Positions 38,097 through 48,463 are shown, numbered from the stretch's first letter. The stretch: 64,000 nucleotides of DNA from an uncultured Clostridia bacterium (GCA_934169575.1 CAKPOA010000005.1:5797-69796), one strand, 5' to 3'. Made by a program: numbers and translations. Notes: a model not told the origin generated them from the sequence alone.

Positions 38097-39101
38097 CTAT
38101 TCAAAATAATCTAAATTCATTGCTTTTTTCACTTTTTTCATAGTTATTTTAGCTTCTTGTCTAGCATGCTCTGTACCTTCTTTTATTATTTTTTCAATTA
38201 TCTCTGGATGTTTTTCATAATATGCTCTTTTTTCTCTCATTGGTCTTAAATATTCAATAATAATATTTGCAAGTTGTTTTTTACAAGCAACACATCCACG
38301 TGCACCTTTTCTACATTCATTGCAAACTTTTTTACACTCTTCTTTTGGTGCAAACAAATTAAAATAATATGAAACCATACAAACATCTGGATTTCCCAAA
38401 TCATCTTTTCGAATTCTATTTGGGTCTGTTATAGCACTCATAACTTTTTTAGTGATTTCTTCCTCAGAATCTGAAATATATATGGCATTTCCAAGTGATT
38501 TTCCCATTTTGGCATTTCCATCTAATCCCTTAATTCTTTTGCCTTCAGAAAGCATAATTTCAGGTTCTCTTAAAATTTCTCCATATATGCTGTTAAATTT
38601 TCTTACAATTTCTCTACATTGTTCAATTAATGGTTCTTGATCTTCTCCTGCTGGTACTAAATTACCATTTAAAACTGTGATATCAGCTGCCTGACTTACT
38701 GGATATCCTAAAAATCCATATGTTACACTTTCTCCAAAAACTTCTTTTTTTTGTGCTAATTCAGTTTTTACAGTAGGATTTCTCTCTAATCTTGCAATTG
38801 TAACTAAATTAGAATAAAATACAGTTAACTCAGCTGTTTCAGGTATCATTGATTGAATATATATTGTGGATTTTTTAGGGTCAATTCCACAAGATAAATA
38901 ATCAATAATAAGTTCTCTAACATTTTTTCTAACCTTTTCCGGATTATTAAAATTATCTGTTAATGCTTGTACATCTGCAATCAAAATAAAAGTTTCATAT
39001 TCATTTTGTAATTTTACTCTATTGGCTAAAGAACCAAAATAATGACCTATATGAAGTCTACCTGTTGGTCTATCACCAGTTACTATTCTTTTTTTCTCCA
39101 T
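38097..39101 (-). CDS. trpS: Tryptophanyl-tRNA synthetase (Cys-rich, possible Fe-S type)
   Basis: TGRLHIGHYFG (HIGH) and KMGKS motifs, plus a Cys cluster C241-x21-C263-x6-C270-x2-C273. Confidence 0.95.
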   Translation of the reverse strand: MEKKRIVTGDRPTGRLHIGHYFGSLANRVKLQNEYETFILIADVQALTDNFNNPEKVRKNVRELIIDYLSCGIDPKKSTIYIQSMIPETAELTVFYSNLVTIARLERNPTVKTELAQKKEVFGESVTYGFLGYPVSQAADITVLNGNLVPAGEDQEPLIEQCREIVRKFNSIYGEILREPEIMLSEGKRIKGLDGNAKMGKSLGNAIYISDSEEEITKKVMSAITDPNRIRKDDLGNPDVCMVSYYFNLFAPKEECKKVCNECRKGARGCVACKKQLANIIIEYLRPMREKRAYYEKHPEIIEKIIKEGTEHARQEAKITMKKVKKAMNLDYFE

Positions 39102-39138
39102 TTATAACACCCTTTCTTAAAATCAGAAAAGAGCAAAA

Positions 39139-40530
39139 CTACTCTTTTCCGCGTTTTATTATTTCATAGTTATTTTTATTATCTTTTATTATATACCCTT
39201 TTGATAAAATCTCATCTCTAATTCTATCAGACTCAGACCAATTCTTTTCATTTCTTGCAACTTCTCTTTTTTCTGCAAGATTTATTATTTCTTCTGGTAT
39301 TTTTTCTTTATCTTCTTTTTTGTCAATTTTAAGTCCTAATACAGTATCAAATTTAAGTAATAAATCAGCAAATTTTTTTGATTTATTTGGATTTTTGATA
39401 ACTTCCCAAACAACACTCATTGCAAGAGGCATATTTAAATCATCATTTATTGCTTTATGAAAATTATTTTCATATTTCTGAATTATATCATCTGATACTT
39501 CATCATTTCCTTCAAGATGTTTTTGATAACCATTTCTTAATTTTGAAAGTGCTTTTGAATTTGATTCAATCCCATCCCAAGTAAAATTAATTTTAAATCT
39601 ATAACTACTTGAATATGTAAATAATCTATATACTAGTGGATCATATCCTCTATTTTCAATATCTTTTATTAAATAAACATTACCTAAACTTTTAGACATT
39701 TTTCCACCATCTATAAGTAAATATTCACCATGCATCCAAAATCTTGCAGGATTTTTACCACAAGCACCTTTACTTTGTGCAATCTCATTTTCATGATGTG
39801 TTGGTATTAAATCAATTCCACCTGTATGAATATCAAAAGTTTCACCTAAATATTTTTGCCCCATTGCAGAACATTCTATATGCCATCCTGGGTAAGATAG
39901 CCCCCATGGACTTTCCCATTTCATAATATGATTTTCTGGTGCTTTTATCCATAAAGCAAAATCATATGGATTTCTTTTTTCAGAATCAACTTTTACTCTT
40001 GCACCTGCTTTTTGCTCATCAAGATTAATCCCTGACAAAACACCATATTTATCTAATTTTGAAACATCAAAATATATCGCAGTAGAAGTTTCATAAGCAT
40101 ATCCATTATCTATCAATTTTTTAACATATTCTATCATCTCTGGAATATGATCTGTTGCTTTACAAATTATTTCTGGTATTTCAATATTCAATTTTTCTAA
40201 ATCTTCAAAAAATAATTTTGTATAATATTCAGCAATTTCTAGTGGCGATTTTTTCATCTCTTTTGCAGATTTAATCATTTTGTCTTCTCCCTCATCACCA
40301 TCAGAAACTAAATGTCCAACATCTGTAATATTCATTACATGTTTTATTTTATAACCATTATATTTTAATACTCTTCTCAAAACATCTTGAAATATATTTG
40401 TTCTCATATTTCCAATTGTTGCATCTTTATAAACTGTAGGTCCGCAAGAATAAATGCGAACCTCATCTCCTTTTAATGGCTCAAACTTTTCTTTTTGTTT
40501 TGTTAAAGTATTATAAAAATATATATCCAT
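39139..40530 (-). CDS. cysS: Cysteinyl-tRNA synthetase
   Basis: CGPTVYKDATIGNMR, HIECSAM and KMSKSLGN motifs. Confidence 0.95.
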   Translation of the reverse strand: MDIYFYNTLTKQKEKFEPLKGDEVRIYSCGPTVYKDATIGNMRTNIFQDVLRRVLKYNGYKIKHVMNITDVGHLVSDGDEGEDKMIKSAKEMKKSPLEIAEYYTKLFFEDLEKLNIEIPEIICKATDHIPEMIEYVKKLIDNGYAYETSTAIYFDVSKLDKYGVLSGINLDEQKAGARVKVDSEKRNPYDFALWIKAPENHIMKWESPWGLSYPGWHIECSAMGQKYLGETFDIHTGGIDLIPTHHENEIAQSKGACGKNPARFWMHGEYLLIDGGKMSKSLGNVYLIKDIENRGYDPLVYRLFTYSSSYRFKINFTWDGIESNSKALSKLRNGYQKHLEGNDEVSDDIIQKYENNFHKAINDDLNMPLAMSVVWEVIKNPNKSKKFADLLLKFDTVLGLKIDKKEDKEKIPEEIINLAEKREVARNEKNWSESDRIRDEILSKGYIIKDNKNNYEIIKRGKE

Positions 40531-40538
40531 ATATCCTC

Positions 40539-43253
40539 CTAATTTTCTTCTTTATTTGAATCTTTTTCATTATCTTTATCTGTTTTTTCTGTTCCTTTAT
40601 TATCATCAACTGTATTATCTTTTAATGTATTATCAGTTTTATTTGTATTATCTTGTTTTTTATTTTCTGTAACAACAATTGTTCTTGTAGCTGTGACTGT
40701 TTCTTTTCTTGAGTTTGTTACTGTATATGTTACAGTATATGTTCCAGCTTTAGATGTATTTACATTTCCAGATATTAATATTTTATTTGTTAGATCTCCA
40801 TCTATACCATCTGTTACAGTAGCACCTTTTTCAGTATAAGTATCCCCAACTTTTAGATTTATTTTTTTATCACCATTTAATTTTATTTCTGTTTTTGCAT
40901 CAGAATTATTTTCTGATTTTGTACTATTTTTTGTATGTTCTGTACATTCTTTTGTAGGTGCTTTTCCTTTATTTGTAGAACCACTTCCACTTAAATTAGT
41001 CCATAACCCTAAAGTTTCTTTTGGAATAGTATTTGAAAAATATTTTGTAATAACATTTGGGCAATATTCTGTAGCTAAATCTCCAGAATCTTCACATATT
41101 TTTACACCACCTGATTTATTATCACATTCTGTTGGTTCATTTCCTTTTGCAAAAATTTCTTTATGTGTTGAACTACATTCATCTGTTGCTCTTAAACCAG
41201 TTTGATCACATACATCAATTGTAACTATTCCATCTGGTTCTTTAAATTCTGATTTTGCTTTACCTTTATGTATAGAATTCATAATTGCACTATATATTTG
41301 ACCAGCTGGACTTCTCCATTTTGAAACAACATATTCATTTTTATCAAAACCATACCATGTTGCAGCTGTATAATAATCTGTAAATCCACACATCCATCTA
41401 TCATAATGGTTATTAGTAGTACCTGTTTTTGCAGCCATATCTATTCCAGATATTTTACAATAATTTGCAGTACCATTTGATGAATTTACAACCGATTTTA
41501 ATAAATCCTTAAGAATATATGCATTTTGTTTAGAACATACCTCTGTTGTTTCTTGTTTAGGTTTTACAACAACATTTCCTTCTGAGTCTTCAACTTTTGT
41601 ATAAAATAACGGTGTTCTATATACTCCATCATTTTCAATAGTAGCATATGCAGCTGCCATTTCAAGTGGACTTATACCTTTATTTAAACCACCTATTGCT
41701 ACAGATAATCCAACATCTTTAGAAGAATCTAATGTTGATATTCCCATTTTTTCTAAATAAGTTTTAGCAACAGGAACTGTAAGTTCTGCCATAATTTTTA
41801 CAAATGGTATATTTTGAGAAGTTGTAATTGCACTACGTACACTAATAATTCCTTTATATGCGCCTTCATCTTCTGGTCTATATTTTCCCTCTGGGAATTC
41901 TGTTGCACAATCATTATACATTGTTGAAGCAGTAATTATTTTTTCTTCTAATCCAGGTAAAACATCTGCTAAAGGTTTTATTGCTGAACCTGTTTGCCTC
42001 AAACTTTGTGTTGCTCTATTTTGGCCTCTTGATGTAGTTTTTTCTCCAAGACCACCAACACACCCAACAACATAACCTGTTTCATTATCTATTACAACTG
42101 TTGCAGCTTGACTTTTTACATATTTTCCATCTTCATCTTTTGTCTTTTTAGATTTTTGAGCATATTTATCTCCATTATCTTCCATTACAGTTTCCATATC
42201 ATTTTGAACATCTGTATTTTGTGTTGAATATATTGTAAGTCCACCACCATATACATATGTTTCAGCCATATCTTTTGACCAATTTTTCTCATCTGCAATA
42301 TCAGATATTACTTTTGTTATAGTTGCATCTGTATGATATGAATAAATTTTTCCTCTTTGTTTTGCTTGTTCAAATTCTATTCCATCATCAACTTCTTTAC
42401 AAGATTCGTCATATTGTTCCTGATTTATATAACCTAATTCAAGCATTTTACTTAAAACTGTTTTTGTTCTTTTATTGATTTTTTCTTTTTTATTACTATC
42501 TTCATCATATCCATTATCACCATATGGATTATATGAATTTGGTGCATTATTAATTCCAGCTAAAAATGCACATTCAACAATATCTAAGTCTTTTGCAGAT
42601 TTATTAAAATAATATTCTGCTCCAACTCCAACTCCTGAATTTCCAGAACCAACAAAAATGATATTTAAATACATTTCTAAAATTTGTTCTTTAGATAGCA
42701 TTTGTTCAATCTGATATGCTTTTGCCCATTCTTTAACTTTTCTTGCTACACCTTGAATACCACTTTTTTCATCATCTTTAGTTATGTTTTTAACTAATTG
42801 CTGTGTTATTGTACTTCCACCAAAAGATGAACTTCCAGCATGTGTAACATATGTAAAAATTGCTCCTGCAGTTCTTTTCATATCTACACCACTATGTTTA
42901 TAAAATCTTTCATCTTCAATTGCTACATATGCTTTTGGTAAATATTCAGACATTTCATCTAGTGTTATTATTTTTCTGTTTTCATTTCCACTTAATTCTG
43001 CAAGTACACTATTATCTGCATCTAAAATTTTTGAATTACCTGATATCAACAACTCTTCTTCTGATATTTCAAAATCTTGTCCCCATTTTCCATAAATCAT
43101 CCCAACAATAATACCAGTACCAACAACAATTAATATTACAATTAATAATATTATTAATTTTATTGCTAATGCTATTTTAGGATGTTTCTTTGAAAACTTT
43201 GCTTTTTTATTGCTATTTTTTTTGTTTGTTTTTTTTGTTTTATTATTTTTCAT
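40539..43253 (-). CDS. Class A penicillin-binding protein (glycosyltransferase + transpeptidase) with C-terminal Ig-like domain and low-complexity tail
   Basis: GT51 motifs (EDERFYKHSGVD, GGSTITQQL), transpeptidase motifs SAIKP and KTGTT, and a C-terminal GDTYTEKGATVTDGIDGDL...GTYTVTYTVT Ig-like module. Confidence 0.9.
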   Translation of the reverse strand: MKNNKTKKTNKKNSNKKAKFSKKHPKIALAIKLIILLIVILIVVGTGIIVGMIYGKWGQDFEISEEELLISGNSKILDADNSVLAELSGNENRKIITLDEMSEYLPKAYVAIEDERFYKHSGVDMKRTAGAIFTYVTHAGSSSFGGSTITQQLVKNITKDDEKSGIQGVARKVKEWAKAYQIEQMLSKEQILEMYLNIIFVGSGNSGVGVGAEYYFNKSAKDLDIVECAFLAGINNAPNSYNPYGDNGYDEDSNKKEKINKRTKTVLSKMLELGYINQEQYDESCKEVDDGIEFEQAKQRGKIYSYHTDATITKVISDIADEKNWSKDMAETYVYGGGLTIYSTQNTDVQNDMETVMEDNGDKYAQKSKKTKDEDGKYVKSQAATVVIDNETGYVVGCVGGLGEKTTSRGQNRATQSLRQTGSAIKPLADVLPGLEEKIITASTMYNDCATEFPEGKYRPEDEGAYKGIISVRSAITTSQNIPFVKIMAELTVPVAKTYLEKMGISTLDSSKDVGLSVAIGGLNKGISPLEMAAAYATIENDGVYRTPLFYTKVEDSEGNVVVKPKQETTEVCSKQNAYILKDLLKSVVNSSNGTANYCKISGIDMAAKTGTTNNHYDRWMCGFTDYYTAATWYGFDKNEYVVSKWRSPAGQIYSAIMNSIHKGKAKSEFKEPDGIVTIDVCDQTGLRATDECSSTHKEIFAKGNEPTECDNKSGGVKICEDSGDLATEYCPNVITKYFSNTIPKETLGLWTNLSGSGSTNKGKAPTKECTEHTKNSTKSENNSDAKTEIKLNGDKKINLKVGDTYTEKGATVTDGIDGDLTNKILISGNVNTSKAGTYTVTYTVTNSRKETVTATRTIVVTENKKQDNTNKTDNTLKDNTVDDNKGTEKTDKDNEKDSNKEEN

Positions 43254-43325
43254 ATATTTATACTATGCTAAACTTAATTTAGCAATCTCCTTTCTTTTTA
43301 CATGCTACTATTATATTATATTTTT

Positions 43326-45203
43326 TCAAAAAATGCAATAGATAATAGCACTTAAAATCCAAGCCAAAAATATTTGGTAAAACACGGCAAATAGTGTTTT
43401 TTTCTTACTTTTTAATTCATTTTTCATTGCACTTATAGCAGCAAAACATGGAGCACTAAATAAATTAAAAACTATAAAACTATATGCAGAAACACTATTG
43501 AAAAATCCAAAAGCAGTTTCTTTTGAAAATAACTGATTTTCTTGAAAGCCTGAAATTATAGCCATTGAAGAAATAACTTGTTCTTTTGCAATTAATCCTT
43601 GCAAAATAGATACTGTAGCCTCCCAACTATTAGTTCCAATTATCGGTTGAAAAATCCATGATATCTTTTTTCCTATTTGTGCTAATATACTTTCTTCAAT
43701 ATTTATACCATATTTTAAATCAAATGAAAAACTAAGCAAAACCCATATTATTACTGATGCTAAAAATATAGTTGTACCAGCTCTTTTTACAAAAGACATT
43801 ATTTTTTCTAACACATCTTTTATTACATATTTTAAATTTGGAAATTTATAATCTGGAAGTTCTGATATAAAGCTTGATGATGTATTTGCAAATACATATT
43901 TTCTCATAATACTACTACTTATAATTATTATAATTATTGATAAAAAATATAGTGAGCAACTAATCAATCCAGCATTTTTGCTGAAAAAATATCCTGTAAA
44001 TAATGCTATTATAGGTAATTTTGCACTACATGGTATAAATGGAACAAGTATTGTTGTCATGTTTTTTTCATCTTGATTTTCTATAATTTTTGTTGACATT
44101 ATTCCAGGTACACTACAACCAGTTCCTAATATAAATGGTATTAAAGATTTTCCACTAAGACCGATTTTTCTAAATATTTTATCTAATAAAAAAGCAATTC
44201 TTGACATATATCCTGATGTTTCTAATATAGAAATGCAAAAAAACAATATACACAATTGTGGTAAAAATTGCAATACAGTTGCAATTCCATTTAAAATCCC
44301 ATCACATATTAAACTTTTGAGCCAATCTGATGTATTAATATTTTTTAAACAATTTTCTATAACTACAATTATGTTATCAATTAGTTCATTTGTGAAATCA
44401 ACTGTATATTTTCCGATTATTCCAACAGATAAAAAATAAATTCCAAACATAATTACTATAAAAATAGGAATTGCAAAAATCTTATTTAAAAAAATTTTAT
44501 CTAACAATTCTGTATTGCTTATCCATCTTTTTTTCTGAAAAAAACATTCTTTTTTTATTTTTGAAATATATTCATATCTTTGATATGCTATTTCTTCTTC
44601 TATTTCATCATTATTTGTTTCTAAAAATTTTATTGCTTTAGTTCTCTTATTTGTATCTTTTATATTATTTTCTGTTTTAAGAATTAATTCTTCTAAACTT
44701 TTGTTATAAATCTTTATTTTATATCTATATTCATAATTTTTTATATAACTTATTAAATCATCAATACCTGTATTTTTTAAAGCTGATATTTCACACACTT
44801 TTGTTCCAAGCATTTTTTCCAACTTATCTACATTAATTTTTATTTTCTTTTTTTCTAATATATCAACCATATTTAATGCAATTATCACATCACAATCTAA
44901 TTCTAATAATTGTGTTGTAAGATATAAACTTCGTTCAAAACAGCTTGCATCAACAATATTTATAATCATATCAATATCATTATTTAAAATGTACTCACTT
45001 GTAATTATTTCTTCACTACTATATGAATTTAAAGAATAAATTCCTGGCAAATCAATTAAATTAAAATCTGTTTGTTTTATAATTCCTTCTTTTTTTTCAA
45101 TTGTTACACCTGGCCAATTTCCAATCTTTTGATTTAATCCTGTTAACAAGTTAAATAATGTTGTTTTTCCACAATTTTGATTTCCAACTAAACATATATT
45201 CAT
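43326..45203 (-). CDS. feoB: Ferrous iron transporter FeoB
   Basis: N-terminal G-domain (VGNQNCGKTTLFN, DLPG, NMVD) followed by a polytopic membrane domain. Confidence 0.95.
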   Translation of the reverse strand: MNICLVGNQNCGKTTLFNLLTGLNQKIGNWPGVTIEKKEGIIKQTDFNLIDLPGIYSLNSYSSEEIITSEYILNNDIDMIINIVDASCFERSLYLTTQLLELDCDVIIALNMVDILEKKKIKINVDKLEKMLGTKVCEISALKNTGIDDLISYIKNYEYRYKIKIYNKSLEELILKTENNIKDTNKRTKAIKFLETNNDEIEEEIAYQRYEYISKIKKECFFQKKRWISNTELLDKIFLNKIFAIPIFIVIMFGIYFLSVGIIGKYTVDFTNELIDNIIVVIENCLKNINTSDWLKSLICDGILNGIATVLQFLPQLCILFFCISILETSGYMSRIAFLLDKIFRKIGLSGKSLIPFILGTGCSVPGIMSTKIIENQDEKNMTTILVPFIPCSAKLPIIALFTGYFFSKNAGLISCSLYFLSIIIIIISSSIMRKYVFANTSSSFISELPDYKFPNLKYVIKDVLEKIMSFVKRAGTTIFLASVIIWVLLSFSFDLKYGINIEESILAQIGKKISWIFQPIIGTNSWEATVSILQGLIAKEQVISSMAIISGFQENQLFSKETAFGFFNSVSAYSFIVFNLFSAPCFAAISAMKNELKSKKKTLFAVFYQIFLAWILSAIIYCIF

Positions 45204-45216
45204 AATTTCTCCTTTA

Positions 45217-45447
45217 TTACATTTCTACAATAATTTTAGCTAAATCCTTTTTACTTACACAAATTTCATATCCCCTTAGTTCAATACTTACAGGGTCACC
45301 CATTGGTGCAATTTTCTTTATTTTTACTTTTGTTCCTTTTGTAAATCCCATATCAAGCAAATGTCTTTTTTTCTTTTTGTCATTAAATTCTAAACTTAAA
45401 ATTATTCCAGCTTGACCTCTTCTTAATTGTGATAAATTTAATTTCAT
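45217..45447 (-). CDS. feoA: FeoA family protein
   Basis: 76-aa SH3-like FeoA (LDMGFTKGTKVKIKKIAPMGDPVSIELRGYEI) immediately upstream of feoB. Confidence 0.85.
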   Translation of the reverse strand: MKLNLSQLRRGQAGIILSLEFNDKKKKRHLLDMGFTKGTKVKIKKIAPMGDPVSIELRGYEICVSKKDLAKIIVEM

Positions 45448-45471
45448 AACTTACTCCTTGTATATTTTTTC

Positions 45472-45625
45472 TTATATAGCTAATATTATATTATTTTATG
45501 AATACCGCGTAAGCGACCAAACGAACGAAGTGAGTGCGATTGGAGCAATTTTCATTATATTAATTTTTAATAAGAAAATTGCGACTGCAAGGTATGAAAA
45601 AAATAATATAATATTAGCTATATAA
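45472..45625 (+). repeat. Foldback element copy 4 of 4 (core 45502-45595)
   Basis: Same core. The 26-bp perfect clamp is TTATATAGCTAATATTATATTATTTT (45472-45497) against 45600-45625, and the core-closing helix is ATACC/GGTAT. The left end lies only 24 nt from the feoA ATG. Confidence 0.85.
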
Positions 45626-45690
45626 AAAGATTTTTATGATAATTAATTATATTCATATAAATAAAAAAAATGACAGAGAAAAATTCCCTA

Positions 45691-46044
45691 TCAAAATTTA
45701 TTGACTGTTAAATTTATTATCAAATTCATATCATCATCTTCTGCAGCTTTATTCTTTCTAATTGCACCACATTTTTTACATTTAAAAATAATAACATAAC
45801 CTTTTTTATTATTTATTTCAACACTTATAGGCTCTAAATCTCCATGACAAGTTTCTGCTCTATCACCCGGATTTTTATCAACATGTTTTGAATGCAAACA
45901 ATATGGGCAATGGTTTCTACAAGAATAGCCCAATTTTTTCACAAGCTTACCACAATTTTCACATACAAATTCCTCATCAATTTCTGTAAATACTCTTTTT
46001 TCCATAAACTCAAAATTGCCAAAAGGAATAGAACTTTTTGGCAA
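45691..46044 (-). CDS. RNHCP domain protein (Zn-ribbon)
   Basis: Contains CENCGKLV...SCRNHCPYCLHSKHVD...CKKCG, which includes the eponymous RNHCP motif. Confidence 0.7.
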   Translation of the reverse strand: MPKSSIPFGNFEFMEKRVFTEIDEEFVCENCGKLVKKLGYSCRNHCPYCLHSKHVDKNPGDRAETCHGDLEPISVEINNKKGYVIIFKCKKCGAIRKNKAAEDDDMNLIINLTVNKF

Positions 46045-46053
46045 TTTATCCTC

Positions 46054-46635
46054 CTATCTTATTTTAACTTTTGATAAATCAATATCTTTTGGATCATATT
46101 GTTCAATATAATCTAAAATTCCATCAGCATTATCTAAAACTTTATATAATTCTTTACAGTCATGTGTTATAAATTCTTCTTCTATAGATTTTGTCATCAT
46201 TGTATCTAATTCATCATAAAATCCATTTATGTTAAATAAGACAATAGCTTTATTGTGTCTACCTAGTTGTTTTAAAGTTAAAATTTCAAAAAATTCATCT
46301 AATGTTCCAATACCACCAGGTGCAATAATAAATGCATCACAATTCTTTTCCATTTCACATTTGCGTTCTCTCATTGTATCTGTATAAATATACTCCGAAC
46401 ATTTTTTAAATGATACTTCACTATTTGCTTCTTTAAAGAATTTTGGTACAACACCTAAAATATGGCCTTTTTCTTCATAAACACCTTCTGCAACAGCTCC
46501 CATTACACCATTGGCTCCTCCACCAAATACTAAACTATCTCCTCTTTTAGCTATTTTCTTTCCTAAATCTTTTGCAGCATCTTTGTATGATTGAGCAATT
46601 AAGCTACTTGCTGCTCCATATACACATATTTTCAT
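46054..46635 (-). CDS. LOG family / TIGR00730 Rossmann-fold nucleotide-binding protein
   Basis: Contains MKICVYGAAS, GGGANGVMG and PGGIGTLDEFFE motifs. Start moved to the ATG at 46635 behind GGAGGAAAA. Confidence 0.8.
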   Translation of the reverse strand: MKICVYGAASSLIAQSYKDAAKDLGKKIAKRGDSLVFGGGANGVMGAVAEGVYEEKGHILGVVPKFFKEANSEVSFKKCSEYIYTDTMRERKCEMEKNCDAFIIAPGGIGTLDEFFEILTLKQLGRHNKAIVLFNINGFYDELDTMMTKSIEEEFITHDCKELYKVLDNADGILDYIEQYDPKDIDLSKVKIR

Positions 46636-46702
46636 TATATTTTCCTCCTTCTGATTTTTTACATTCACACATTATACCACTAAATGATTTCATATGCAAG
46701 TA

Positions 46703-48463
46703 TTATTTTAATCTTAAATATCCAAGCTCTTCCCATATATTATATGCTAAATTTAATCTAAATAGAACTTTAGGTTTTGCACCAGCCCTATTTTTATCAA
46801 CTACACATGCATAATATCTAACATCTGGATCTTTACAATGTTTTAAATCAAAAAACTTTGTATCAACTTCTTCTAAAGAATATTCATATTTACCTAAATC
46901 CTCATTATGTATTTGTTTCATTAATATTAAAATATCTAAAACTTCTTTTACTGTCCTACTTACAGCTAAATCATTTATATTTAAATTAATTGGTAATGTA
47001 GATGTTTCTGACAATTGTAATGATGAAGCAATAAATATTCCTAAATTTTGCGCTAAATTTGACAATATTGTTGCTGTTTTTTTCAACTCCTCACCATTAC
47101 CAATATTTTCCGTATCAGTTTTCAATGTATCATAAAACATATACTCTATTTTTTCTTTGTAGTAATAATTTAAAACAACTTTTTCTAATTCATCATTTGT
47201 ATGATCTGTTATATTAACAAAATATATAGAATTTTTTATTTGTTCATCTATCCATTTTGTAACTTCAATTGTTTTTCTAAATTCTGATGAAACTTTACTT
47301 AATCTTTTAGCAAAATCCACTTGTTTTTCTCCATCTCTTTTTATAACATAACCATTTTTGTCTGTTTCAACTTTTTTTTCATCATCTGGTCTAAACTTAA
47401 ATTCTAATAATTCACCCTCAGTTTTTGTGATTTCTTGCTTATGTAATTTTTGCATTTCTTTATTATTAAGTATTGTTGTAATTAAACACAATCTCATTTT
47501 TTCTTCTGACATTTCATTTGAAATAACAAGCACTTTCTTTTTATGAATAAAAGCTATATATGCTGCTAAATCTACAGTTAACCTACTTTTTCCTGAGTTT
47601 GAGGGCATTGCATATGACATAGTTTCTCCTTTTCTGATTCCTTTAAATACACTACTTAATATTGGAAAAGGTAAATCTAAACCTGTTGTTAAACTATTAT
47701 CTCCTTGTATTAAAAAATCTGTTGTATCATTATTTAATACTGATCTTTTAAATTTTTCAGTTGCATTTATTTGTTCTATTGCATCTTTAACTTCCTGTAT
47801 TGTCATTTGTTTATATAACTCGTAATTCAATATATTTACAATTTCATCTTGATTTTCTTTAATTGGATTACTTAAATAACTTTTTCTTATTTCAAATAAT
47901 TTTCTAAGTTCTGTATACACTTTTTCAAAATTATCCTTCAACAAAAAGCCTTTTTCTCTTAAAGTAATTTTAGTTTCATATACATTTCCGCCTTCTTTTG
48001 CAAAATTATATCCATCTTTTGCTTTTTCTGGTGCATATGCTTCACCATCTGTAAATAATACACTTTTATATATGTTTAATAATACATCGCTTTCAAAATA
48101 ATTGTCATCATGCATTATATAGTACATTGATAATGCTTTTGGGTTTGCTAATAATAAACATATATATTTTTCTTCTAGTTTTTTATTTTGTAATTCTTTT
48201 GGATATATACTTTCTTTTTTATCTCTTACAATTTCTTCCTCATCTTCGTCATCATATTCTTCAATTTCTTGTTTTACTTTTTCTGCTTTTTCTTTCTTAT
48301 TTTTTAATATTATTTTATTATCTTTTTTTAATTTTTCTAATATTGCAAACATTTCCTCATATTTTTCTTCAGATAACAATCTTCTCATTTCTTCTATTTG
48401 TTTTTTATTATCTTTTGTAACTTCTAATTGATTTATTAAATTTTCTAGTTTCTCTATATTCAT
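46703..48463 (-). CDS. DnaB-family helicase-like protein, divergent, with charged N-terminal extension
   Basis: Walker A AMPSNSGKSRL, DnaB-like ISNEMSEEKMRLCL, and a C-terminal KNRAGAKP. About 90 aa of Lys/Glu-rich N-terminal extension. Start at the ATG at 48463 behind GGAGGG. Confidence 0.6.
   Translation of the reverse strand: MNIEKLENLINQLEVTKDNKKQIEEMRRLLSEEKYEEMFAILEKLKKDNKIILKNKKEKAEKVKQEIEEYDDEDEEEIVRDKKESIYPKELQNKKLEEKYICLLLANPKALSMYYIMHDDNYFESDVLLNIYKSVLFTDGEAYAPEKAKDGYNFAKEGGNVYETKITLREKGFLLKDNFEKVYTELRKLFEIRKSYLSNPIKENQDEIVNILNYELYKQMTIQEVKDAIEQINATEKFKRSVLNNDTTDFLIQGDNSLTTGLDLPFPILSSVFKGIRKGETMSYAMPSNSGKSRLTVDLAAYIAFIHKKKVLVISNEMSEEKMRLCLITTILNNKEMQKLHKQEITKTEGELLEFKFRPDDEKKVETDKNGYVIKRDGEKQVDFAKRLSKVSSEFRKTIEVTKWIDEQIKNSIYFVNITDHTNDELEKVVLNYYYKEKIEYMFYDTLKTDTENIGNGEELKKTATILSNLAQNLGIFIASSLQLSETSTLPINLNINDLAVSRTVKEVLDILILMKQIHNEDLGKYEYSLEEVDTKFFDLKHCKDPDVRYYACVVDKNRAGAKPKVLFRLNLAYNIWEELGYLRLK

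Noticed and set aside
45626-45655. Fur-box-like sequence (TATAATTAATTATCA on the minus strand) upstream of feoAB
   Set aside because: Only the right half-site (ATTATCA) matches the 7-1-7 consensus TGATAAT-N-ATTATCA. The left half matches 3/7, or 5/7 with a shifted spacer, which cannot be distinguished from the AT-rich background.
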